From: Candidatus Danuiimicrobium aquiferis
GTDB taxonomy: Bacteria; Omnitrophota; Omnitrophia; Omnitrophales; Danuiimicrobiaceae
Direction: 5' to 3'
Assembly (NCBI GenBank): GCA_001804285.1
Contig: MHFR01000063.1
Coordinates: 38,901-102,900, forward strand
DNA: 64,000 nt
Positions 26,386 to 35,512 of this stretch are shown in pieces; the stretch's first letter is position 1, and each line of letters starts with the position of its first letter. The position numbers and the translations under genes are program-made. Under the pieces are notes generated by a model that saw only the letters and a list, made by a program, of their open reading frames with translations, was not told the origin of the DNA and made no database searches.

Positions 26386-28602
26386 ATGAAAATAACGATT
26401 CGACTTATTATTTCCCTTCTGATCGGTGCAGCACTCGTTGTATTAGTGTTTTCGTACGTTCAAGCGCGAGGCGAACAAAAACGGCTGGATGAGGAGCTCA
26501 GTTTGAGGGCAGCGGTTCTTGCAAAAAGTTTTAAGGAGGCGATTGAGCCCTTTATAGAACAAACTGAACAACCTAATCGTATTAAGAAGTTTATTGAGAA
26601 ATTCCAAGGCCACAAAAGACTAATAGGTATTATTGTTGATTTAAAAGATATTGGCAGAATTACTCTTCCCGCGGAACTTGGTAAGAGTGACATTTTTCAA
26701 AAAGAACTCGTGGAATCCTTTGAACAGGGCATGACCGTTGATATCAACAGTAAGTGGGATGAACGAAATGTTAATTTTTTTACGGTTCCTTTGGTTAAAG
26801 GGGAGGTATATATTGGGGCTTTGGGTTTGATTCATGATCGTTCTTACATCGTTAATTACATTCGTAGTTTCTGGAAGAATTCGGCTATTAACTTTTCAAT
26901 TCTTGCGACAATCCTTTCTATTATTACTCTTATCATTATCCGTTGGAATGTGACCGATCCCATTGCGCGAATTTCGGAAGTCGTGAGAAAAGCGACGCAA
27001 AGTGATACTCAGCCGACCGATACTTCCCAAGAAAAAGGGGATATGGAAAAACTTGTTCATGCGGTCAGCCATATGGCTGCAAATCTTAAAGCGACACGGC
27101 TGGATTTAGCTGCTCAATCTCGAATGGCAAATCTTCAGGGCACGATTTGGACGAAGGAGCGGTTAAAAGATTTTTTAAGGACAAAATTGGAGGGCCAGTC
27201 GCTTTTTGTGATTGCTAATCGCGAACCTTATATTCACCGAAAGAAAGGGAACACCATCGAGTGCATTACGCCGGCGAGCGGCGTTGTGACGGCATTAGAC
27301 CCAGTATTACAAGCTACGGGAGGAATATGGGTTGCGCATGGTAGCGGGGATGCTGACCGTGAAGTGGTTGATAAGCATAACCAGATTCCTGTGCCGCCGT
27401 GGAAGTCGACCTATTCATTAAAAAGAGTATGGTTAACCGAAGAAGAGGAAAAAGGTTATTACTACGGTTTTTCTAACGAAGGATTATGGCCGCTTTGTCA
27501 TATTAGCCACGTAAGGCCTGTTTTCCGGGCAGATGATTGGAAGCAGTATCAAGAAGTTAATCGTAAATTTGCACAATCGTTGATTGAAGAATTGGGTGAC
27601 AAGCCGCCGCTTATCTTGATTCAGGATTATCATTTTGCGCTTCTTCCAAAGTTCATCAAAGAAGAACGGCCTGATGCGAAAATAGCGCTTTTTTGGCATA
27701 TTCCATGGCCGAACCCCGAAGCGTTCGGGATTTGTCCGTGGCAGGAAGAAATTTTGGAGGGAATGCTCGGAAGTGACGTGATCGGTTTTCATACGCAGTA
27801 TCATTGTAATAATTTTCTGGATACGGTAGACCGCGTTTTGGAGTCCAGAATTGATTGGACCAACTTTGCGGTGGTTCGAAGCGGAAAAACAAGCCATGTC
27901 CGGCCATTTCCGATCAGCATTTCGATCTCGAACGGGAAAGAAGCCGAAGCGATTCAAAAAAGTATTGCGGAATTAAAAAAGACATACGGACTGGAAGGCA
28001 AAAAGATCGGTGTTGGCGTAGATCGTATTGATTATACGAAAGGTTTGCTGGAGCGGTTCCGGGCCATAGAGCGTTTGCTTGAACGGTTTCCGCATTATCA
28101 GAAAAAAGTTGTTTTTGTAGAGTTGGCCGCGCCGTCGAGAACGCTTATTCCGGCCTATCAGAATCATCTGATAGAGGTTGAAACGCTCGTCGCAAAAATT
28201 AATGAGAAATATCAGAATGGAAATTACCGGCCGATCCTTTTTCTAAAAGAGCACCATATTCACGAAACCATACAGAGTTTTTATAAAATGGCTGATTTTT
28301 GTCTTGTAAGTTCGCTTCATGACGGGATGAATCTCGTGGCGAAGGAGTTCGTAGCAGCCAGAGAAGACGAAAGCGGTGTTTTGGTCTTGAGCCGTTTTAC
28401 GGGAGTGAGTCATGAGTTTCAAAGTGCGCTCCTCATTAATCCATACGATATTGAAGGTTCTGCGGAAGCGATACATCAAGCTCTGACGATGATTCCCGAA
28501 GAAAAAGAAGAACGGATGAAGAAAATGAGAGCGATTGTTCGCGAATATAACGTTTATCGCTGGGCAGCGGAACAGATTACGGAATTGGTTAAATCGTTTT
28601 GA
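26386..28602 (+). CDS. otsA: Trehalose-6-phosphate synthase (GT20) fused to an N-terminal TM-extracytoplasmic-TM-HAMP-like region
   Basis: IANREP, YYYGFSNEGLWPLCH, IQDYHF, FWHIPWP, VDRIDYTKG, DGMNLVAKEF; ~260-aa N-terminal extension with two TMs. Confidence 0.9.
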   Translation: MKITIRLIISLLIGAALVVLVFSYVQARGEQKRLDEELSLRAAVLAKSFKEAIEPFIEQTEQPNRIKKFIEKFQGHKRLIGIIVDLKDIGRITLPAELGKSDIFQKELVESFEQGMTVDINSKWDERNVNFFTVPLVKGEVYIGALGLIHDRSYIVNYIRSFWKNSAINFSILATILSIITLIIIRWNVTDPIARISEVVRKATQSDTQPTDTSQEKGDMEKLVHAVSHMAANLKATRLDLAAQSRMANLQGTIWTKERLKDFLRTKLEGQSLFVIANREPYIHRKKGNTIECITPASGVVTALDPVLQATGGIWVAHGSGDADREVVDKHNQIPVPPWKSTYSLKRVWLTEEEEKGYYYGFSNEGLWPLCHISHVRPVFRADDWKQYQEVNRKFAQSLIEELGDKPPLILIQDYHFALLPKFIKEERPDAKIALFWHIPWPNPEAFGICPWQEEILEGMLGSDVIGFHTQYHCNNFLDTVDRVLESRIDWTNFAVVRSGKTSHVRPFPISISISNGKEAEAIQKSIAELKKTYGLEGKKIGVGVDRIDYTKGLLERFRAIERLLERFPHYQKKVVFVELAAPSRTLIPAYQNHLIEVETLVAKINEKYQNGNYRPILFLKEHHIHETIQSFYKMADFCLVSSLHDGMNLVAKEFVAAREDESGVLVLSRFTGVSHEFQSALLINPYDIEGSAEAIHQALTMIPEEKEERMKKMRAIVREYNVYRWAAEQITELVKSF

Positions 28603-28613
28603 GGAGGGCCGGC

Positions 28614-29429
28614 ATGAAATGTTTTGGAGAAAATGAAATAAATATATTAGCGCAAGCATACCGACTGTGCCTTTTTTTGGATTATGATGGCACGTTGACG
28701 CCAATCGTGCGACATCCCTCGCTCGCAAGGCTATCTTCCTCCCGAAAAAAGGTTCTCAGGGAATTAAGCCGATTGCCCAACGTGAAAGTTTGCATTGTTA
28801 GCGGGCGAATATTGAGCGCATTAAAAAGAATGGTTGGCGTTTCTAAATTTGTCTATGTTGGAAATCACGGTTTTGAAGGCGAGGGACCGGGAATCCGTTA
28901 TCATCATTTTACGGATCGAAAAAGACGAGCTTTGCTTGCGATTATTCATCAGAAACTCAAACAGCAGCTTGGCAGCATACCGGGAGTGTTTATCGAAAAC
29001 AAAACGTTGACGGTAAGTGTCCATTACCGTCGTGTTTCGAAGAAAGATTTGGCGAAAGTGAAGTTGAATTTTTTGCGGATTACAATGCCTTACATTCATA
29101 AATCTAAAATACATTTAGTTGAGGGAAAGAAAGTCATGGAGGTTCGGCCAGACGCTCAATGGAATAAGGGAACGGCTGTGATGTGGGTTTTAGATCGATT
29201 GGCATCAAAGAGCCGAAAGGGAATTTTTCCCGTATATGTCGGGGACGATCGGACCGATGAGGATGCGTTTATCTCGCTTAAACGGCGAGGAATGACGGTT
29301 AAAGTTACTATGTTGCCTCGCGAATATTCGGAAGCGCAGTATTTTTTGCATTCTCCCGCAAAGGTTTTTGTTTTTTTAAAAAAGATAATAGCGATAAGGA
29401 AATTAATGGCGGAAGGATATCACCCATGA
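28614..29429 (+). CDS. otsB: Trehalose-6-phosphate phosphatase
   Basis: FLDYDGTLTPI, VSGR, GNHGFE, NKGTAV, GDDRTDEDAF (HAD). Confidence 0.92.
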   Translation: MKCFGENEINILAQAYRLCLFLDYDGTLTPIVRHPSLARLSSSRKKVLRELSRLPNVKVCIVSGRILSALKRMVGVSKFVYVGNHGFEGEGPGIRYHHFTDRKRRALLAIIHQKLKQQLGSIPGVFIENKTLTVSVHYRRVSKKDLAKVKLNFLRITMPYIHKSKIHLVEGKKVMEVRPDAQWNKGTAVMWVLDRLASKSRKGIFPVYVGDDRTDEDAFISLKRRGMTVKVTMLPREYSEAQYFLHSPAKVFVFLKKIIAIRKLMAEGYHP

Positions 29430-31072
29430 GTGATCAAACCCTTTGGTATAAAGATGCGATTATTTATGAGCTTCATGTAAAAACTTTTTTTGACAGTAAT
29501 CAGAATGGTTATGGCGATTTTCCGGGATTAACCCAAAAACTGGATTATCTCCAGGACCTTGGTATTAATTGCATCTGGCTTCTTCCGTTTTATAAGACGC
29601 CGATGAAAGACGACGGTTACGATATTTCTGATTTTATGGAAGTTTCGCCAGAGTATGGGGTGTTACGCGATTTCCAGGATTTTGTTAAAGAAGCACACCA
29701 CCGCGGAATAAAAGTCCTCATTGAACTTGTTTTGAATCATACCTCAGATCAACATCCATGGTTTCAGGAAGCAAGGGCATTCCGGACCTCAAAAAAAAGA
29801 GATTATTATGTTTGGAGTGACGATCCACAAAAATACAAAGATGCCAGGATTATTTTTACCGATACAGAAAAATCCAACTGGACCTATGACCCACCGTCCG
29901 GCCAGTATTACTGGCATCGCTTCTTCAGTTATCAGCCGGATCTTAATTACGAGAATCCCGAAGTCCGGAAGGCAATGCATGATGTCCTGTTTTTTTGGTT
30001 GAAAATGGGTGTCGATGGTTTTCGACTCGATGCGGTCCCATACCTCTTTGAGGAAGAAGGAACGAATTGTGAAAATCTGCCGCGCACGCACGCTTATCTT
30101 AAAGAACTTCGGCTCCAGTTGGACAAGTCGTTCAAGGACAAAGTCCTGCTTGCGGAAGCGAATCAATGGCCTGCGGATGTGAGTCCCTATTTTGGAAGCG
30201 GTGATGAATGTCATATGGCTTTTCATTTCCCGCTCATGCCGCGAATCTTTATGGCAATACGTAAAGAGGATAACACGCCAATCCTTGAGATCATGCGGCA
30301 AACCCCGCCTATTCCTGATAATTGCCAATGGGCGCTATTTTTACGCAATCATGATGAATTGACACTTGAAATGGTGACGCAGGAAGAACGGGATTATATG
30401 TACAAGGAATATGCGGTAGATCCGAGGGCAAGACTGAACCTTGGAATCCGCCGACGGTTAGCGCCGCTCATGGACAATGGTAGAAGACAAATGGAGCTTT
30501 TGAACAGCCTTCTTTTTAGCTTGCCGGGAACGCCCATTATTTATTACGGGGATGAGATCGGCATGGGAGATAATGTCTATCTCGGGGACAGGAACGGTGT
30601 CAGAACACCGATGCAGTGGAACGGAAATAAAAATGCGGGATTTTCGACGGTAGACGCTGAAAAGTTATATTCACCGGTGATTATAAATCCCGTGTATGGC
30701 TATCAAGCGATCAACGTGGAGGCCCAAAGCATGACCCATTCATCTTTCCTGAATTGGACGAAGAGGATGATTCGAGTCCGTAAGAGCTTAAAGGCATTTG
30801 GTCGCGGAACACTCGAATTTCTTCAGCACAATAATCCGAAGATCCTGGCATATATGAGGACCTATGAGGACGAAACGCTCCTTATCGTGAATAATCTTTC
30901 CCGATATGTGCAGCCGGTTGAACTGGATTTAAAAAAATATAATCGATGGGAACCGCTCGAGCTTTGGGGAAATGTAAAATTTCCGAAAATAGGGGAGCTT
31001 CCTTACTTTTTAACCCTCGGACCCCACAGCTTCTATTGGTTCCGGTTGAATAGACCTTCCGAGAATAAGTGA
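29426..31072 (+). CDS. treS: Trehalose synthase (maltose alpha-D-glucosyltransferase, GH13)
   Basis: WYKDAIIYELHV, LVLNHTSDQHPWF, GFRLDAVPYL, AEANQWP, FLRNHDELTLEMV. Confidence 0.95.
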   Translation: MSDQTLWYKDAIIYELHVKTFFDSNQNGYGDFPGLTQKLDYLQDLGINCIWLLPFYKTPMKDDGYDISDFMEVSPEYGVLRDFQDFVKEAHHRGIKVLIELVLNHTSDQHPWFQEARAFRTSKKRDYYVWSDDPQKYKDARIIFTDTEKSNWTYDPPSGQYYWHRFFSYQPDLNYENPEVRKAMHDVLFFWLKMGVDGFRLDAVPYLFEEEGTNCENLPRTHAYLKELRLQLDKSFKDKVLLAEANQWPADVSPYFGSGDECHMAFHFPLMPRIFMAIRKEDNTPILEIMRQTPPIPDNCQWALFLRNHDELTLEMVTQEERDYMYKEYAVDPRARLNLGIRRRLAPLMDNGRRQMELLNSLLFSLPGTPIIYYGDEIGMGDNVYLGDRNGVRTPMQWNGNKNAGFSTVDAEKLYSPVIINPVYGYQAINVEAQSMTHSSFLNWTKRMIRVRKSLKAFGRGTLEFLQHNNPKILAYMRTYEDETLLIVNNLSRYVQPVELDLKKYNRWEPLELWGNVKFPKIGELPYFLTLGPHSFYWFRLNRPSENK

Positions 31073-31354
31073 TCGGAGAGACATGCGATGTTTGATGTTT
31101 CGTGGAATATATAATATAAAGGTGCCAGGAACCTTTTGCCTTTTGTTTTCACAATTAAAGGAGACACGCAGTATGCTCACATTGATTCAGCTGCATGTCC
31201 CCTTTAATTGAGAACGCGGAGGGATCCCATCCGGAGTTTGTTAGAAGTTGCTGGGGGTGAATCCATTCGGCAGCTGACCGGTTAACGCCTTCAGTCGGCT
31301 AAAGTATTACAAATAAAACTTGAGTTATCTAAGGTTGTAGTTTAGAATTCTCAT

Positions 31355-32524
31355 ATGGCATACATCCATCGTACCATCGAAAAAATGCTTTTGAGGGCAT
31401 CACATAATTTTCCCGCTCTGATCTTGACGGGACCCAGGCGATCAGGGAAAACCACGGTGTTGAAACGTTTTTTCGGGAAAGCGTCTTATTATCTTCTTGA
31501 AGATCCCGATATTATTGCTCAGGTAAAGGCGGATCCGCGTGCTTTCCTTGATCGCATAAAATTGCCTGTTATTTTGGATGAAATTCAAAACGTTCCGGAA
31601 CTCTTAAATTATATTCGGACACGTGTGGATGGTGCTCCCAGAAAAACGGGGCAGTGGTTCATTACCGGATCTCAGGAAATGTCTTTGATGAAGGGAGTTT
31701 CTGAGTCTATGGCTGGGCGGGCCGCCATATTTCATTTGTTGCCATTTTCAATAGAGGAAACGGAAAAAGTATCACTGATTTGCGGAGCTTTCCCCGAGGT
31801 CATTTCACGGCCCGCGGCTCATCGTGATTGGTTTCGGTCCTACATTCAAACCTATTTGGAAAGGGATGTTCGGTCGATCAGCTCTATCCGGAACCTCTCG
31901 ACTTTTCGTCGTTTTCTTGCGTTGTTGGCAAGTCGAACGGGACAAGTTTTGAATAAAACCGATTTGGCTGCTCCTCTTGGGGTTTCAATTCCAACCATTG
32001 CAGAATGGCTCAATATTCTTGAGGTGACAGCCCAAATTATTTTGGTGCCGCCTTTTTATGAAAATTTTGGGAAGCGGCTGATTAAATCCCCAAAGATTTA
32101 TTTTATGGATTCAGGGCTTATTTGTTATTTACTGGGTATCGAAACAGAAGCCATGTTGCATTCCTCTCCTTTTTTTGGCCCAATTTTTGAAAGCTTTGTT
32201 GCTTCTGAAATTGTGAAACATCAAGTGAATCATGGCAAGGAAAAGGCCCTTTATTACTTCCGGGATCAGCAAGGGCTTGAAGTGGATTTTGTGGTGTCGA
32301 GGGGGAATAATCAGCTCATTCTCCTTGAAGCTAAAGCTTCCAAGACGGTTTGGCCGGGTGATGCAGCAAAGATGCTCACGCTGCGAAAAAGTATTTCCAA
32401 GTATAGTTCTGATCTTTATGTGATTCACTTACCATCTAAGCAAATGCCCGGAACTGGGGTCGTAAATACTGGTGTGGGGGCTATTGCTTTTGACAAAATA
32501 TCTTCGATTCTTTCTGCAAAATGA
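31355..32524 (+). CDS. AAA_14/DUF4143-type ATP-binding protein
   Basis: TGPRRSGKTT, LDEIQ, ITGSQ, TYLERDV, KSPKIYFMDSG, EVDF..LEAK. Confidence 0.85.
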   Translation: MAYIHRTIEKMLLRASHNFPALILTGPRRSGKTTVLKRFFGKASYYLLEDPDIIAQVKADPRAFLDRIKLPVILDEIQNVPELLNYIRTRVDGAPRKTGQWFITGSQEMSLMKGVSESMAGRAAIFHLLPFSIEETEKVSLICGAFPEVISRPAAHRDWFRSYIQTYLERDVRSISSIRNLSTFRRFLALLASRTGQVLNKTDLAAPLGVSIPTIAEWLNILEVTAQIILVPPFYENFGKRLIKSPKIYFMDSGLICYLLGIETEAMLHSSPFFGPIFESFVASEIVKHQVNHGKEKALYYFRDQQGLEVDFVVSRGNNQLILLEAKASKTVWPGDAAKMLTLRKSISKYSSDLYVIHLPSKQMPGTGVVNTGVGAIAFDKISSILSAK

Positions 32525-32744
32525 TTGTCACGAGAGGGTGTCAGCAAAACTGTCAGCACTTTCGCATGAAAATAGCGGAAAATAACGGTTTTTATCGCGC
32601 AATAATTTTCACAAAAAAATTCTCTAAGTGCATTATTTGTGGTATCATCCAACAAAATAAAACAAAAGTGGACAAAGGCCTCAGCAAAATTCGCATTGTA
32701 GAGGCCAGGGGTTCAACTCCCCTCAGGTCCACCATTTTTTCCCC

Positions 32745-32873
32745 CGTGATCAGAGGGGAGTTGAAGGGAGCTCCGTAGATGCGACCTATTAAGGAGCATC
32801 TGAAACGGAGCGGGTGGCCGACCTGAAGTCACGAAGTGACGGAAGGCGCCAACTCCCCTCAGGTCCACCATTT
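32745..32873. repeat. tRNA-3'-end-derived mini element (inverted plus direct copy of the T-arm/acceptor end)
   Basis: gaggggagttgaa (reverse complement of ttcaactcccctc) then internal hairpins then caactcccctcaggtccaccattt (32850-32873). Confidence 0.65.
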
Positions 32874-33082
32874 ATTTGGGCAGAGCCTTCAGCAGCATAC
32901 CATATTGAATCCTCTTTCCGTTGATTAACCAATCGGGCTTTATAAGATCTTTAATCATAATTATTTGCATCATTTCGTTTCAAATGGTACACTTTTGTGG
33001 GAAGTTGTGCCCAAACTTGAAATGGAATTGAGTAATATGAAGGCTCATTTAATAACCCCACACGTTGTGGCGGAAGGGCGAG

Positions 33083-33898
33083 ATGGGAGTTCCAGGGTCA
33101 AAGGCGGAACGCATTAGTTTTGCAACGTCGAAAGAACATTTTGAGGAAGTTTTTAAGCTTGCCTATAAAGAATATTTGAGAAAAGGGTATTGTTCTCCTA
33201 ACCCTTGTGAAAGGCGAATCCCGATTTATAATGCACTTCCGGAGACTGTCACCTTTTGCCTTTGGCGCGGTGAAAATTTAGCTGGGACGGCGTCTCTTAT
33301 TTTGGATTCTCCGATTGGGCTTCCGATGGAAAAAGTATATCCTGACGAAATTCAGGTGCTTCGAACACAAGGAAGAAAAATGTGCGAAGTGTCGCTTCTT
33401 GCGCTTAATTCTGCGTTGATCAAGGAAGGGGTTTTCGCCATCTATTTTGCCGAGCGACTGCGGTGCCTTTATCAATTGTTCAAGCCGTTGTTTTGGTATG
33501 CGAAGGCAACCATCGGGTACACGGATCTTTGTATTGCGTGTAACCCGAAACATAAAGCGCTTTATACCTCATTACATTTCCAGCAATTTGGCGCAGAAAA
33601 GGTTTATGAATCGGTGAATGCAAATCCGTCGATTGCGATGCGTCTCGATTTTGATCAGGCAGAAGAACGGGTCAAGATGACACCGGGACTGCACAAACTT
33701 TTCTTTGGAACAAAATTGCAGCTTAAGCATGTTTCGGAAAATTTCAGGTGGTCGAAAGAGAATTTTATTTCTTTCTTTTGTGAGAAATCCGATGTGATTA
33801 AGAGCGCCAGCCCCAAAGAAATCGATTATTTAACAAAGTGTTATCCCGATTTTAAGATCGATGAATTGCGCATGCAATATAACCCATCGGCCGGATGA
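33083..33898 (+). CDS. N-acyl amino acid synthase (FeeM-like GNAT fold) protein
   Basis: L.YKEYLRKGY, GTASLILDSPIGLPME, EVSLLA, IACNPKH..LY pattern. Confidence 0.6.
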   Translation: MGVPGSKAERISFATSKEHFEEVFKLAYKEYLRKGYCSPNPCERRIPIYNALPETVTFCLWRGENLAGTASLILDSPIGLPMEKVYPDEIQVLRTQGRKMCEVSLLALNSALIKEGVFAIYFAERLRCLYQLFKPLFWYAKATIGYTDLCIACNPKHKALYTSLHFQQFGAEKVYESVNANPSIAMRLDFDQAEERVKMTPGLHKLFFGTKLQLKHVSENFRWSKENFISFFCEKSDVIKSASPKEIDYLTKCYPDFKIDELRMQYNPSAG

Positions 33899-34725
33899 AC
33901 GACATGGATTCGCCCGAATCAAGTCAAAATCCGCATGACTTACCGCGAGATCAGATACGCATTCCCGCCGGATTGAAAGCGAAATACCAGCAGGGCGATT
34001 CAGAGCCCCATGAGATTAAAATACAGAATATTTCAAGGGGCGGAATCTGTATGGAAGATCAGGTGCTTCTTCCCGAAGGGACTTGTCTTCATCTCTTGCT
34101 CAAGATCAAAGAGAAAGTCGTGGATGCTTACGGAGAGGTATCCTGGAGTGAGAAGCAGGAGTCCGGTTTTTTGCACGGGATTAAATTTACATTTATGGAT
34201 CAAGATTCGAGAGAATGGTTAAATGCGTTTGTGATGGATTGGGCGGCTGAATATATCGCGGAGAGTTTAGACTTTTCCGATATTGCCGAGATGGAAATTG
34301 ATATGGGAATTGAATGTGACAGTACTGTAGAGCGAAGGCATTATGCCAGATTAAGATTGCCACTCAGGGTTGATTTTAGTTTTTCCGGAACAACGAAATT
34401 TGTGCAAACTCAAACGCACGATTTATCTGAAGGCGGGTTGTGTTTTACGTGCGGGTTCAATTTGAGGAAAGACCAGGAATTGCATCTATGGCTCTGGTTA
34501 AGTGCAACCGAAGAAATTCACATTAGAGGAATTGTCCGTCATACGAGTAAGCGGTATGCAGAAGGAAAAACCATCTACTTTCACGGTGTTGAATTTTTGA
34601 TCATAGAGGATTCGAGCAGGTCAAGATTTTCCGAATTTCTTGCTCAGAAACGGTCCGAATTAGCTGCGATTGAAGTTTCCCTTGATGATATTATCTCCCA
34701 AGGCGACCGGCCGGAATTGCCGTAA
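33895..34725 (+). CDS. Tandem PilZ-domain protein
   Basis: PRDQIR..NISRGG..HGIKF and ERRHYAR..DLSEGG..HGVEF. Confidence 0.82.
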   Translation: MNDMDSPESSQNPHDLPRDQIRIPAGLKAKYQQGDSEPHEIKIQNISRGGICMEDQVLLPEGTCLHLLLKIKEKVVDAYGEVSWSEKQESGFLHGIKFTFMDQDSREWLNAFVMDWAAEYIAESLDFSDIAEMEIDMGIECDSTVERRHYARLRLPLRVDFSFSGTTKFVQTQTHDLSEGGLCFTCGFNLRKDQELHLWLWLSATEEIHIRGIVRHTSKRYAEGKTIYFHGVEFLIIEDSSRSRFSEFLAQKRSELAAIEVSLDDIISQGDRPELP

Positions 34726-34817
34726 TAGTATTTTTTCCCCTGCGAAGTAATTGAAATGCGCCCCCCTCTCCCTCAGTGAGAGGGCAGGGGTGAGGGGCAA
34801 AAGAGAACTTCAGAACG

Positions 34818-34971
34818 GTATTTAGCGTTTTGAAGTGATTATCTGGAAAGGGCACCCGTTTTTTTGTCATTCCCGCGAAAGCGGGAATCCAGAATCAGCT
34901 GGATGCCCGCTTAAAACATGCGGGCATGACAGGGTTTCTATGTGTGCCACTTCAAAACGCTAAACAATTAC
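34818..34971. mobile_element. MITE-like element (inverted copy of the 1632-1790 family)
   Basis: tttagcgttttgaagtg ... cacttcaaaacgctaaa TIRs around GTCAT core 34866-34930. Confidence 0.7.
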
Positions 34972-35155
34972 TCAGAACGATCAAAAAACATAACAGATAT
35001 GATGGCTCATAATTTAAACAAATGTCTAATAAAATGGACATATTTGGATTTTGTGAGTTTTATTTTTTAGCTCGCCGAAAAACCGCTCATTCGTAAATCC
35101 TTGTTTTAAAACTACTTGCGAAAATCTTATTAAAATGTTTTAATTATGGCCGATA

Positions 35156-35171
35156 TGGCATGTTTCATGCA
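35156..35171 (+). promoter_or_regulatory. Candidate sigma-54 promoter for the polysaccharide locus
   Basis: TGGCATG-TTTC-ATGCA fits the GG-N10-GC spacing. Confidence 0.45.
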
Positions 35172-35288
35172 TTAACTGGGACCTTCCCGGACAAGGTTGG
35201 ACATTTCCGGAAAAGATAAACTTGATATTACTATTAATAATAACGATTGGTAGAAATAAAAATAATATAATCGAGGAGGTTCTGTAAC

Positions 35289-35474
35289 GTGGACGGGCGA
35301 ATGACGATTACGGATGTGGCCGAACAGGTGGGAGTCACACCAAAGACTCTGATCCGTTGGGAAAAGAACGGAAAAATTAAAAAACCAAAGAGAGATTTCA
35401 AAGGGTGGAGGACTTACGCTAAAGAGGATGTGGATGCGATTCAGCGTTTGATCGATTCTGTTTATGAAGTTTGA
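35289..35474 (+). CDS. Small MerR-type HTH protein
   Basis: TITDVAEQVGVTPKTLIRWE..GWRTY; GAGGAGG RBS. Confidence 0.85.
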   Translation: MDGRMTITDVAEQVGVTPKTLIRWEKNGKIKKPKRDFKGWRTYAKEDVDAIQRLIDSVYEV

Positions 35475-35512
35475 GGATATTTTAAGATATTTTGAAAGAG
35501 AGGTACTTTAGC

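Larger units (their letters stand above)
24612..32738. mobile_element. Integrase-less genomic island in tRNA-Ala bounded by a 50-bp direct repeat
   Basis: attcgcattgtagaggccaggggttcaactcccctcaggtccaccatttt at 24612-24661 and 32689-32738. Confidence 0.85.

Noticed and set aside
31118-31210. aaaggtgccaggaaccttt and a long hairpin as RAYT-type REP sequences
   Set aside because: Single copies with no transposase nearby; may simply be terminator-like structure after treS
32689-32734. Second tRNA gene
   Set aside because: Only the 3' part from the anticodon loop onward; it is an att duplication
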